This document shows, piece after piece, positions 8,545-18,302 of a stretch of DNA of 32,000 nt. The notes beneath the pieces were generated by a model. The model made no database searches. It saw only the letters and a list, made by a program, of their open reading frames with translations, and was not told the origin of the DNA. The stretch is from assembly GCF_000284455.1 (NCBI RefSeq), contig NC_017039.1:3150001-3182000 (forward strand), read 5' to 3'. Every line of letters starts with the position of its first letter. Within the stretch, counting starts at the first letter, position 1. The translations under genes and the position numbers were made by a program. Source of the DNA: Synechocystis sp. PCC 6803 substr. PCC-P. GTDB lineage: Bacteria > Cyanobacteriota > Cyanobacteriia > Cyanobacteriales > Microcystaceae.

Positions 8545-9714
8545 ATGGTAATGGAAACAGCCTTTAGCCGTATGGATTTGGTTCAGTCTCCGGTTATTCC
8601 CGTGGTTGGACAGTGGATTGTCGATTCCCCCGGTACGATTTCCCTGGGCCAAGGGGTGGCTTTTTATCCTCCCCCTAACGAGGTGGCCGTGGCGGTGCGG
8701 GAAAGTCTGGAGCAAACTCCTCTGCATCAGTATCAGCCAGTGGCGGGCATACCAAGCCTAATTTCTGCTTTAACGGAAAAGTTGCGACGGGATAACGATA
8801 TTAACCTGTCTTCCGACCAAGCTGTGGTAGTAACGGCTGGGGCCAATATGGGTTTTTTAAATGCAGTGCTAGCCATTACGGAGGTGGGAGATGAAATCAT
8901 TCTCAATACGCCGTACTACTTCAACCATGAAATGGCGGTCAGAATTGCGGGGTGTCAGCCGGTGTTGGTGCCCACTGATGATCAATATCAACTCCAACTG
9001 GACCTCATTGCCCAGGCGATCGCCCCCCGGACTAGGGCGGTGGTGACCATTTCGCCTAATAATCCCACCGGGGCCATTTATCCAGAGGCAGATTTGCGGG
9101 CGGTGAACCAACTGTGCCAGGAGCGGGGTATCTACCACATCCACGACGAGGCCTACGATTATTTTGCCTACGACCAGACTCCGATTTTCTCCCCTGAGGC
9201 CATGGGGGATAGTGGAGGCCATACCATTTCCCTCTACAGCTTTTCGAAGGCCTATGGCATGGCCGGTTGGCGGGTCGGCTATATGGTCATTCCCCTGGAA
9301 CTATTGCTAGCGGTCAAAAAAATTCAGGATACCAATCTGATCTGCCCGGTGGTGGTTTCCCAATATGCCGCCCTTGCTTGCTTACGGGTGGGCAAGAATT
9401 ATTCAGCCCAATTTTTACCGGAGATGGCTGCCTGTCGCCAGCAACTATTAGAAACCCTAGGTCAATTGTCTGACTATTGTCGTTTAGTGGTGCCCCAGGG
9501 GGCTTTTTACTGTTTGCTGGAAGTTAATAGCCCCTTGACGGATTTAGAGCTAGTGAAAAGGTTAATTGATGAATTTAAGGTGGCGGTGCTACCAGGTTCC
9601 ACCTTTGGCGTGGATTCGGGTTGCTATCTCCGTATTGCCTATGGTGCTCTGCGGCAGGCCACGGCTAGCGTTGCCATTGCCAGACTGGAGCAGGGTCTAA
9701 AAAGTATCTGTTGA
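8545..9714 (+). CDS. aspC: Class I/II PLP-dependent aminotransferase (aspartate aminotransferase-like)
   Basis: 389 aa with the PLP-lysine motif SFSKAYGMAGWRVGY and NPTG upstream. The symbol comes from remembered Synechocystis annotation (slr0036). Substrate specificity cannot be read from the sequence. Confidence 0.75.
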   Translation: MVMETAFSRMDLVQSPVIPVVGQWIVDSPGTISLGQGVAFYPPPNEVAVAVRESLEQTPLHQYQPVAGIPSLISALTEKLRRDNDINLSSDQAVVVTAGANMGFLNAVLAITEVGDEIILNTPYYFNHEMAVRIAGCQPVLVPTDDQYQLQLDLIAQAIAPRTRAVVTISPNNPTGAIYPEADLRAVNQLCQERGIYHIHDEAYDYFAYDQTPIFSPEAMGDSGGHTISLYSFSKAYGMAGWRVGYMVIPLELLLAVKKIQDTNLICPVVVSQYAALACLRVGKNYSAQFLPEMAACRQQLLETLGQLSDYCRLVVPQGAFYCLLEVNSPLTDLELVKRLIDEFKVAVLPGSTFGVDSGCYLRIAYGALRQATASVAIARLEQGLKSIC

Positions 9715-9726
9715 TTTAGTTCAGGT

Positions 9727-10503
9727 TTAAGGATTATTCTCGTTTTTTTGCGGTAAGTTTCTTGCTTTGTAGAACAGTTCTAAACTTTGGCGATCGCCGA
9801 CGTAACGCCAATGCCAGGGTTCGTAGGCAATGCCCTGGGGATTATCCGGGGGAAAAGACAATTCAAAACTGTATTTGGCCGCATTATTTTGGAGCCAATT
9901 AAAGGCTTTCGTTTGGGCAAAACTTGCACTTAAATGAGTAGCCTGGGCACTGCCATCGCCAATATCCACCGCATAGCCGGTGTGATGTTCGCTGTAACCG
10001 GGGGGGGCACTGACTTCGGCCCGCTGTCGAGCCTCTTGATTGCGCTGTTGTTTGATGTCAAAAAAAAGTTGTTCCTGCTCGGTCACAGTGCGAAAGGCGG
10101 AAATGGGGACAAGGGAAATGCCCTGGGCCTTGGCATCCCGTTGCATAAGCAAAAATTGGTCAGCGGCGGCCTGGCGTAACTTTAAACGGCCGTCGGGGGT
10201 AATATTTTTCAACTCCCCCAGGGGAGCCTCTTCATAGGGCAAGTGCCCCAACAGGTTATCAATGGGGGTTGCCGTGGGGGTGGGACTTGGTTCTGTCACC
10301 ACTTCCGGTGCGGGCTCGGGCCTGGGCCACAGGGCCAACAACGTCAATAAAGCCAGAATAATTATCCCCAAGCCGGCCGCGATTAATTTCAGCGGTATGG
10401 GGGACAAGGGTTGGGACTGGGGCGACCCCGCTGGATTGTCCCGAATTACTTCCGGGATGTCATCCTGGTTGACGTTAAAGGAAGATTTTGGTTTTTTACC
10501 CAT
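9727..10503 (-). CDS. Membrane-anchored VanY/M15-family D-alanyl-D-alanine carboxypeptidase
   Basis: 258 aa with an N-terminal TM helix (LIAAGLGIIILALLTLLALW) and a Pro/Thr linker. LAS-type zinc peptidase motifs are present (SAFRT, PGYSEHHTGYAVDI, EPWHWRY). Confidence 0.8.
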   Translation of the reverse strand: MGKKPKSSFNVNQDDIPEVIRDNPAGSPQSQPLSPIPLKLIAAGLGIIILALLTLLALWPRPEPAPEVVTEPSPTPTATPIDNLLGHLPYEEAPLGELKNITPDGRLKLRQAAADQFLLMQRDAKAQGISLVPISAFRTVTEQEQLFFDIKQQRNQEARQRAEVSAPPGYSEHHTGYAVDIGDGSAQATHLSASFAQTKAFNWLQNNAAKYSFELSFPPDNPQGIAYEPWHWRYVGDRQSLELFYKARNLPQKNENNP

Positions 10504-10565
10504 GCAGTTGGCGATCGTTGCAGCTCATTGCTTGGCCCCATTGTGCCAGAGAATGTTGGCGGTCA

Positions 10566-12071
10566 TCACCGTACCCCCAAATCTACCGCTAGGCGATGGG
10601 CACAGGCAAAACCAGAAAAAGCGACGGCGTTCAAACCCTGGCCTGGAAAAGTACTATCGCCAACGCAATATAGGCCCGGTATGGCGGTGCGGTTGAAAGG
10701 CATGGGCAGTAAACCCGGTAAGCGACGGCGGGGGATGGGGCCATAGGTGCCATTTTGTCGCCCTAAAAAGCGGCGGTGACTACGGGGGGTGCCGATTTCC
10801 ATATAATCCAGTGCCCGATCAAGTCCGGGAAAAATGGCTTCCAGGCGGTCGATTAATTTACCAGAATCGGCTTCTTTTTTGGCTTCGTATTCCTGGGGGG
10901 AAAGATTTTGCCAGGATTCGAGCCAACTGGGGGTGAAGGTGTGGATGATGTGGTAACCGTCGGGAGCCAAGCTGGGGTCGAGGAGGGTGGGAATGGAGAC
11001 AAAAATGGTGCCCTGTTCCTTTTCTAAATCATCCCAGTCCTCCAGCAAAATGTGGTGACATTCTGTTCCTTCTGGTAATAGATCCGCTTCTACCCCCAGA
11101 TGCAAGCTGAGGAAACTGGGGGACTGTTGATAATTTCTGCGCCACCGTTTTTCCTTCCCAGGTAGGGGCTGATCTCCCGTTAACGCCCCGAAGGTATCCC
11201 AGCGGGTAGCATTGGAGACGATGCGCCGGCCATAAATTTTTTCACCGTTGGCCAGTTCCACCCCGATCGCCTGGTTATTTTCCTGAATAATTTTGGTTAC
11301 CCTGGCTCCGTAACGAATTTTGCCACCGAATTTTTCTAGCCCAGCTACTAGACTTTCGGCAATTTGTCCCACGCCCCCCTTGGGATAGTTAATGCCCCCG
11401 TAATGGCGATCGGAAAAGACCATGCCGGCATTGATCATGGGGGTTAAGTCCGCCGGCACTACGGACCAGCAATAGCATTCCATATCGATAAATTTCAGTA
11501 AATCCGGGTCTTGGATATGGCGGCGGGCAATGTCCCCCACATTTTGGGGTAAATATTTCACTAAACCCAGACATGCCCCCGGATGCTGAAAAAATACCCG
11601 CATCAGGTAACGGGGTTCCTCCAGGGAGAGCAATTCCATGGTGTTGAGGCAGTTAAATACTTGCCAACATTCATCATAGAAGCGGCGGATACCCTGGGCT
11701 TCCTGAGGAAATTTGGCGATTAACTCCTGTAAAAAAGCTTCGTACTCCCGATGAACTTTGGGGTCTAGCCCCCCCGGCAAATGGTAATGAATTTGCACTG
11801 GGTCGGGGAGAGTTTCCAATGCCTGTCCCACAGCGGCTAAGGCCCTGGTTAATAAGTTAGTAGTACCCCGATCGCCGAAACCAAAAATCATTGAGGCCCC
11901 CACATCAAAGCGATAACCTTCCCGCTCAAAATAACCAGCACTGCCGCCGGGGATGAGGTAACGCTCTAGTACCAATACTTTCAAACCCTTGGATACCAAC
12001 TGGGTGGCGGTGACCAATCCCCCAATGCCGGAGCCGATTACTATTGCGTCGTAGGAAGGGGAAACAGTCAT
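10566..12071 (-). CDS. crtH: Prolycopene (cis-carotene) isomerase, FAD-dependent phytoene-desaturase superfamily
   Basis: 501 aa with an N-terminal dinucleotide-binding motif ([15 protein letters not shown]) and C-terminal [12 protein letters not shown]. Length and neighbourhood match my memory of Synechocystis sll0033. Confidence 0.8.
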   Translation of the reverse strand: MTVSPSYDAIVIGSGIGGLVTATQLVSKGLKVLVLERYLIPGGSAGYFEREGYRFDVGASMIFGFGDRGTTNLLTRALAAVGQALETLPDPVQIHYHLPGGLDPKVHREYEAFLQELIAKFPQEAQGIRRFYDECWQVFNCLNTMELLSLEEPRYLMRVFFQHPGACLGLVKYLPQNVGDIARRHIQDPDLLKFIDMECYCWSVVPADLTPMINAGMVFSDRHYGGINYPKGGVGQIAESLVAGLEKFGGKIRYGARVTKIIQENNQAIGVELANGEKIYGRRIVSNATRWDTFGALTGDQPLPGKEKRWRRNYQQSPSFLSLHLGVEADLLPEGTECHHILLEDWDDLEKEQGTIFVSIPTLLDPSLAPDGYHIIHTFTPSWLESWQNLSPQEYEAKKEADSGKLIDRLEAIFPGLDRALDYMEIGTPRSHRRFLGRQNGTYGPIPRRRLPGLLPMPFNRTAIPGLYCVGDSTFPGQGLNAVAFSGFACAHRLAVDLGVR

Positions 12072-12231
12072 GGTTTCTTGGTCTGGTTAGGGCAAAAAGT
12101 TAACAACGGACACGGAGCAATCCAACTAATCAGTTTAAGGTTTTGCCGCCAAAAAAACAGGGAGCACTCGATCGCCGAGCCACCCCCTACTGAATCCTTG
12201 AGAAGAGAACACTGTGAAATCACTATACAGA

Positions 12232-13419
12232 TTACTGCAAATTATTGTCAATATTGTTGGAGACATTCTCCGAAAATGTCCGACGTTCCTTCCAGGGTTG
12301 CACCAAAGACTGGGCCAAGGCGATCGCCTGCTGGAGTAAATCGGGATAATCTTCCAAATGGAGTGGGGCAAGGGGATTCTGCTGTCTAGCTTCTGCCGCC
12401 TGCAACACCGGGGCAATGAGGGTGCGAGCGCAACTGCCAAAAGCAACGCCATTAACCATTCGTTTTGATTGGTGAACAGAAAAGTCTTGGGAGCTTAACT
12501 TGGTGATAGTGTGGCAATTGGTGCCCCCGGCCAACTGCACAAACCCCGATAGGGAAGATTGCAGCACCTGATCAGCGTAGTGGAGACAAAGATGGGTAGT
12601 ACCCCGGCCAATGTCCCCACTCATGGGCCTGCCATCGGTTTGCCAAATTGTCGGCATTGCTAATGGCCCCAGCCAGCCAGAGATGGTTTGCAGATACTCC
12701 ACCGCCTCGGCATGGTAGGGGCAACTAATGGCGATCGCCTGGAGTTGAGTCAATACCGGAGCCAGACTACGCCAGAGTTGCTGAAACCGTTCTTCATGTC
12801 CCACCTGGGTATGGATTTCCAGGGCAGCGATTTGTCCCAACTCCAACCAAGGGACCAGACTAGTCACCGTTGCTTGATGAGAATAAGTAGTAATAATTCC
12901 CTGGGGACAGATGGGTAAACAGCGGCCACAACCGTAACATTTTTCCGCCCACACTCCTGTGGGGACAACTTCATCAGCATCACTGGTGATCGCCCAAGCT
13001 GGACAAACCTGAGCACAGGGTCGGGGACAATCCGGAGGACACTTTTGGGGATCAAACTGGGCTTTGCGAAAATGGGGATCTTCCCCATCATTGAGGCTCA
13101 CCATCAACCAAGGGGGTTGGATCGAATAGTCAAATGTTTCAACTTCATAGTGAGAGGAATTGGCTAAAGATAAAGCAACTTTGATGCCTTCCTGGGCCAC
13201 CCGCACCACCGCCGGATCCGCTGCCAAGTCAATACAGTCTACCCCTGCCAACGTGTAGACCAAGACTAAATTTCGAATGGCAGTTAAATCCTGATAGCTA
13301 GCTCCACAAATTAATTTCACCCAGCGTCCCCGCTCCAGGGATTGCCTGGGGCCATGGTATTGGTGGCCAGGGAAATTGTCTGTTTTCCCGGAGATAAGTG
13401 AAATTTCGCTACTTGTCAC
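12232..13419 (-). CDS. ldpA: LdpA-like iron-sulfur protein (two Cys clusters)
   Basis: 395 aa with a GTG start. It has a KLICGAS motif, then CPPDCPRPCAQVCP and CYGCGRCLPICP (ferredoxin-type CxxCxxCxxxCP). The match to the cyanobacterial clock-input protein LdpA is from memory, not from a search. Confidence 0.6.
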   Translation of the reverse strand: MTSSEISLISGKTDNFPGHQYHGPRQSLERGRWVKLICGASYQDLTAIRNLVLVYTLAGVDCIDLAADPAVVRVAQEGIKVALSLANSSHYEVETFDYSIQPPWLMVSLNDGEDPHFRKAQFDPQKCPPDCPRPCAQVCPAWAITSDADEVVPTGVWAEKCYGCGRCLPICPQGIITTYSHQATVTSLVPWLELGQIAALEIHTQVGHEERFQQLWRSLAPVLTQLQAIAISCPYHAEAVEYLQTISGWLGPLAMPTIWQTDGRPMSGDIGRGTTHLCLHYADQVLQSSLSGFVQLAGGTNCHTITKLSSQDFSVHQSKRMVNGVAFGSCARTLIAPVLQAAEARQQNPLAPLHLEDYPDLLQQAIALAQSLVQPWKERRTFSENVSNNIDNNLQ

Positions 13420-13871
13420 AGAACCAAAGCACTCCCCGACACGTCAACAATGCCCAGAGCAATTCACGGAAAGGTTTAGGGTAAACTATATCCTACAACC
13501 AAGTTCGAGAACCTTCTGCTGTCGGGCGGATAGTGGAAGCAAAAACAAAATGCCTGTGGATTCGGTCTGACTTAGGGTTAACCCATCAGGAGTCTAAACC
13601 CAGTTAAGAGGAGTAGAGACAGGAATCTCCGTCCCTGCCGATTGGCTTGGAGGGGGAGCGTCCACAGTCCCAGGGGCGGCACAAACAGTCTTCTTGTTCC
13701 GACATTGGGTAAAGTTGCTTGCGGGAAATTTTTTCCACGCCTCAAACTTGAGTGAGTCTAATTTGATTTGGCCATTGCTGTAACAACCGGAACCGCCCTA
13801 GGAAACTGGGTTATGCCACGGTTTTTCCATGGGAGCACAGAGAAGTCCACCCTGTCCTTAGTTTTGCCATT

Positions 13872-14276
13872 TTGCCCATGTCTAGCACTGCCATTAGCCA
13901 GCTCCAGCCCGCCGATAAAAGGGAGGTAATCGTTTACCAACCTTACTACCCGGATAAAAATAAACAAAAGTTGTTGCCGTTGGCCCTTGCTCTTTACCAA
14001 TTGGGGCAAGTGGAAGGGGCCCGGCGCATTGAGGGGGGGGAAAATCTTTCCTTTGTGGCCACTTGGTTTGTGTCCCGTTTACCCTCGGAACTGACTCGCT
14101 GCCGGATGCAATTCGATGGGCAGGCGGATTTGAGTTATGAAATGACTGTGCTCAATTCAGAGTTTATGGACTATTTGATTGATCTAATTGCGGGATACGA
14201 GGAGAGTAAGAATATTGACTTTCCGCAAAATTTTTACCGTAAGCTTTTGCGGTTAGACGATGTTTCTACCCTTTAG
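13872..14276 (+). CDS. Hypothetical protein (no recognisable motif)
   Basis: 134-aa ORF, co-oriented with and 158 bp upstream of the next gene. An alternative ATG lies at 13878. Coding status is inferred only from ORF length and context. Confidence 0.55.
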   Translation: MPMSSTAISQLQPADKREVIVYQPYYPDKNKQKLLPLALALYQLGQVEGARRIEGGENLSFVATWFVSRLPSELTRCRMQFDGQADLSYEMTVLNSEFMDYLIDLIAGYEESKNIDFPQNFYRKLLRLDDVSTL

Positions 14277-14434
14277 CTCGTCCCAGAGTGCCTATCATTA
14301 ATCAGAGGAAACTGAGCTTTGGTCATGCAGGGGTATCTATCAAGCCAGTTTTTCACCAATGCCGTCGCTAAATTAATCAAAATAGCCCAGCAGTCAAATT
14401 TTTTTACCTAGTCCATCTAGTCAGGAGCGTTCCA

Positions 14435-15508
14435 GTGGCCAATTCACCCCAATGTTTATTAGTCGGGTCTTTGGAGCCCTACAGCGGCAAATCGGGGATT
14501 ATTCTCGGTTTGGCCCGGCTTTTGCAACAACAGGGCATGGCGATCGCCTACGGCAAGCCCATTGGTACGGCCATGAATAAGGCGGCGGCAGCCCTGGAAG
14601 AAGCAGACATTGAATTTATTAGCCAGAGTTTGGAGTTGGCACCAGCCCAGGTGCGTAAACCCCTGGTATTTTTGGACGAAAAGACCATTACCCGACGCCT
14701 CCAAGGCCAGGATCAAACTAATTATGCCGAAGCCCTAGAGGCATCCATCCAAGGTCTAACGGCGGATTTAGTTTTGTTGGAAGGTCCAGGCAATCTCTGG
14801 GAAGGTAGTTTATTCGGGCTTTCCTTTTCTGAATTAGCGGCCAAAATTAACGCTGCAGTGCTGTTGGTGGGTCGCTACCATTCCCCCTTGGTGGTGGATG
14901 GCCTCCTCAAAGCTCGACAAACCCTGGGGGATAGCCTCAAAGGGGTGGTGATCAATGACATTCCCCTGGAGGCCTTGCCGGAGACCAAAGATTTGGTCAA
15001 GCCTTTTTTGGAAAGCCATGGTATTGCGGTGCTTGGTCTGTTGGCGGAAGACCGTTTGCTCAGAAGCGTTAGTGTGCGGGAACTAGCCCATCAACTAAAT
15101 GCCAAAGTCCTCTGTAGTGAAGAGCATCTGGATTTGATGGTGGAGAGTCTCACCATTGGGGCTATGAACGTTAACTCTGCCCTGGAATATTTCCGTCAAG
15201 GGGAAAATAAAGCTGTGGTCACCGGCGGCGATCGTACCGATTTACAACTAGCTGCCCTAGAAACCTCCACCAGTTGCTTAATTTTGACTGGCCACGCCGG
15301 ACCTCAACCCCTGATTATCAGCCGAGCCCAGGATTTAGAAATTCCCATCCTCTCTGTGGACCAAGACACCCTAACCACCGTGGAAATTGTTGATCAGGCC
15401 TTTGGTAATGTACGCCTGCAAGAACCAGTCAAGGTGCAATGTATCCAACAGTTGATTGCCACCCATTTTGATCTCCAAGCCTTTCAGGAAATCATGGCTA
15501 AGGGTTAG
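14435..15508 (+). CDS. Stand-alone phosphotransacetylase N-terminal-like protein (BioD/CobQ-like P-loop domain plus DRTGG domain), lacking the PTA catalytic domain
   Basis: 357 aa with a GTG start. [19 protein letters not shown] resembles the nucleotide-binding loop of the Pta N-terminal domain. [14 protein letters not shown] matches the motif the DRTGG domain is named after. Confidence 0.7.
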
Positions 15509-15566
15509 CCTGACTTATCTCCCATTATCTTTAGTTCATCCCTAGATCTCCCCACAATAAAGGGCT

Positions 15567-15598
15567 GTTCTCCAATTTTCCCCCAAGCTTTGGAGAAC
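15567..15598. terminator. 9-bp inverted repeat (GTTCTCCAA-N14-TTGGAGAAC) between two convergent genes; candidate bidirectional terminator
   Basis: Arms at 15567-15575 and 15590-15598, checked base by base. It sits in the 206-bp gap between the DRTGG-protein stop and the cmpR stop. There is no strong U-tract on either side. Confidence 0.4.
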
Positions 15599-15714
15599 CG
15601 GGGGGCGTTGAAAACAATCTTTGAGGCGTAGTGGTCGGCAAAGTTTCCCGATTATCAATGGGCTAATGGGCAGCGTTGATCTCTGTCAGCCGGAGCTTTC
15701 GGCAACGATGGTTT

Positions 15715-16629
15715 TTAAAAAATTTGGGCAATGGAAACTGCTTCATCATGGGCAAACAAATAATCTAAAAAAGTTTGGGCCACAATGGATAATTGCTTCG
15801 ATTTTTGATAAATAATATACCAGTGTTTTTGTAAGGGAAATCCTTCCACGTCTAGCACCGCTAGGGGGCCATTGATTCCCTCCAATGCCAAAGAATACAG
15901 CGATAAAATTGAGATTCCCAGCCCACCATAAACTGCCTGTTTAATGGCTTCATTACTACTAATCTCCATCTCTACATTCATTTTTAGGCGGTTTTCGCTG
16001 AAAAATTCTTCCACTGCCATTCTGGTTCCAGAGCCTGATTCCCTCATAATCAAGGGTTCATTGACTAGTCTTTCCAAAGAAATTTTCTTTTCCTTGACTA
16101 ATGGGTGCTGGCGAGACGCAATTACCACGAGGGGATTTTCTAAAAAGTGGCGGATATTAATATCAAGATTTGAGGGCGGTTTACCCAAAAAGTATAAATC
16201 GTCTAAATTATTCGCCAAACGCTCCAAAATTTGTTGACGATTGCCAATTTGTAGAGAGATGGAAATGCCTGGATATTGTTGACGAAATTCCCCCAAAAGT
16301 CGTGGCACAAAATATTTGCCTGTGGTAATAGTTGCTAGGCGCAGGTTACCTTTTTTTAAGCCCTGGAGGTCAGCAATCACTTCCTGCAATTGATCCAGGC
16401 AAGAGGTAATGTTTTTGCTAGCGTCTAAAACCGCTTGTCCTGCTTCGGTTAAATAGATTTTTCGGCCAATTTGTTCATAAAGCGGCACCCCGATCGCCTT
16501 GGTGAGTTGCTTCATCTGCTGGGAAACCGTGGGCTGGGTCAGAAACAATTCCTCCGCCGCCTTGGTGAAACTCCCCGTCCTGGCGATCGCCGCAAAAACC
16601 TCAAATTGGTGGAGGGTGGCATTTTTCAT
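15715..16629 (-). CDS. cmpR: LysR-type transcriptional activator of the cmp operon
   Basis: 304 aa with an N-terminal LysR HTH (FEVFAAIARTGSFTKAAEELFLTQPTVSQQMKQL). It is transcribed divergently from the cmpA-like gene 252 bp away. Confidence 0.85.
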   Translation of the reverse strand: MKNATLHQFEVFAAIARTGSFTKAAEELFLTQPTVSQQMKQLTKAIGVPLYEQIGRKIYLTEAGQAVLDASKNITSCLDQLQEVIADLQGLKKGNLRLATITTGKYFVPRLLGEFRQQYPGISISLQIGNRQQILERLANNLDDLYFLGKPPSNLDINIRHFLENPLVVIASRQHPLVKEKKISLERLVNEPLIMRESGSGTRMAVEEFFSENRLKMNVEMEISSNEAIKQAVYGGLGISILSLYSLALEGINGPLAVLDVEGFPLQKHWYIIYQKSKQLSIVAQTFLDYLFAHDEAVSIAQIF

Positions 16630-16642
16630 AGTGGATTAATTT

Positions 16643-16659
16643 TATAGACTACTTCTATA
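16643..16659. promoter_or_regulatory. LysR-type box: perfect inverted repeat TATAGA-N5-TCTATA (T-N11-A architecture)
   Basis: Read directly at 16643-16659, 14 bp upstream of the cmpR start codon in the divergent cmpR/cmpA region. A TTA-N8-TAA element lies at 16692-16705. I recall TTA-N7/8-TAA as the reported CmpR site form. Confidence 0.5.
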
Positions 16660-16881
16660 AATTACATAAAAAATTGGATATTTATCTATTTTTAGCTTTC
16701 CTTAATAATCAGATCATTCAAGTCCCCTTGGATTAGTCATTGTCCTCGGGCAGGCAGTTTAAAGCGTCCCCTGGTTTACCTAGCCTAGGAGCCCCAGTGC
16801 TCTTCCGTAAACCGGGGATATCCATGGCGCTTATTTAATTTTTCTGTCTGCCTTTTTTCATAGAAAAAATCAATCAAAGTT

Positions 16882-18240
16882 ATGGGTTCATTCAATCGAC
16901 GTAAATTTTTGCTCACCTCCGCCGCCACTGCCACAGGGGCTTTATTTCTGAAGGGTTGTGCCGGCAATCCCCCCGATCCCAACGCCGCCAGCACCGGTAC
17001 TAACCCTTCTCCCCAAGCGGCCGGGGATATTAGCCCAGAAATGATGCCCGAAACCGCCAATATCAAACTAGGCTACATTCCCATTGTGGAAGCTGCCCCA
17101 TTGATCATTGCTCAAGAAAAAGGTTTCTTTGCCAAATATGGCATGACCGGTGTGGAAGTCTCCAAACAAGCCAACTGGGCCTCCGCTAGAGATAACGTCA
17201 CCATTGGTTCCCAGGGAGGCGGCATCGATGGCGGCCAATGGCAAATGCCCATGCCTCACCTGATTACGGAAGGGATCATTACCAATGGCAACAAGGTGCC
17301 CATGTATGTATTGGCCCAATTGATTACCCAGGGAAATGGTATTGCCGTAGCACCAATGCATGAAGGCAAAGGGGTAAACCTGGATATCACCAAAGCGGCG
17401 GACTATATCAAGGGCTTTAACAAAACCAATGGCCGCAAATTTAAGGCAGCCCACACCTTCCCTAACGTTAACCAAGATTTTTGGATTCGTTACTGGTTTG
17501 CGGCCGGAGGCGTTGATCCTGACACCGATATTGACCTACTGGCTGTGCCTCCCGCTGAAACAGTCCAGGGCATGCGCAACGGTACCATGGATGCTTTTAG
17601 CACTGGAGATCCTTGGCCCTATCGCATCGTGACAGAAAACATTGGCTACATGGCCGGTTTAACTGCCCAAATTTGGCCCTATCACCCGGAAGAGTACCTC
17701 GCCATTCGAGCGGATTGGGTAGATAAAAATCCCAAGGCAACCAAGGCATTACTGAAGGGAATTATGGAAGCCCAACAGTGGATTGATGACCCCAAAAATC
17801 GTCCTGAAGTTGTACAGATTGTGTCCGGTAGAAATTATTTCAATGTTCCCACCACCATTTTAGAGTCTCCCTTTAAAGGTCAATACACCATGGGAGATGG
17901 TCAGCCTGCCATTGATGATTTCCAAAAAGGTCCCCTCTACTGGAAGGACGGCATTGGCAATGTTTCCTACCCCTATAAGAGCCATGATTTATGGTTCCTC
18001 ACAGAAAGTATTCGTTGGGGTTTCCATAAAAACGCCATCCCCGATTTAGATACAGCTCAAAAAATTATTGACAAAGTTAATCGCGAAGATTTGTGGCGAG
18101 AAGCAGCAACGGAAGCTGGATTTACTGCCGACATTCCTAGCAGCACTTCCCGGGGCGTAGAAACGTTCTTTGATGGCATTACCTTTGACCCTGCTAATCC
18201 ATCGGCTTATCTGCAAAGTTTGGCAATCAAAAAAGTCTAA
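16882..18240 (+). CDS. cmpA: Bicarbonate-binding lipoprotein of the BCT1 ABC transporter
   Basis: 452 aa. Tat-like signal plus lipobox ([24 protein letters not shown]). NrtA/CmpA family core ([26 protein letters not shown]). cmp is preferred over nrt because of the divergent LysR gene and the porin inside the operon (remembered as slr0040-slr0044). Confidence 0.88.
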
Positions 18241-18302
18241 CTAGCTATTAATTAAGCCATTTCATTGTTGATGATTAATCCATTACTATCAAGGAGACAA
18301 TA

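Noticed and set aside
13503-13513. GTTCGAGAACC, resembling a tRNA T-loop (GGTTCGAATCC)
   Set aside because: The flanking bases do not form a T-stem, and no acceptor or anticodon arms can be drawn. It is not a tRNA.
14325-14411. 28-codon small ORF ([28 protein letters not shown]) in the spacer upstream of the DRTGG-protein gene
   Set aside because: It has no properly spaced SD, is not hydrophobic, and I cannot assess conservation. It is indistinguishable from a chance ORF.
16785-17066. 93-aa minus-strand ORF spanning the cmpA leader and start
   Set aside because: It is antisense to the cmpA signal-peptide region (Ala/Gly/Pro-rich shadow) and has no independent support.
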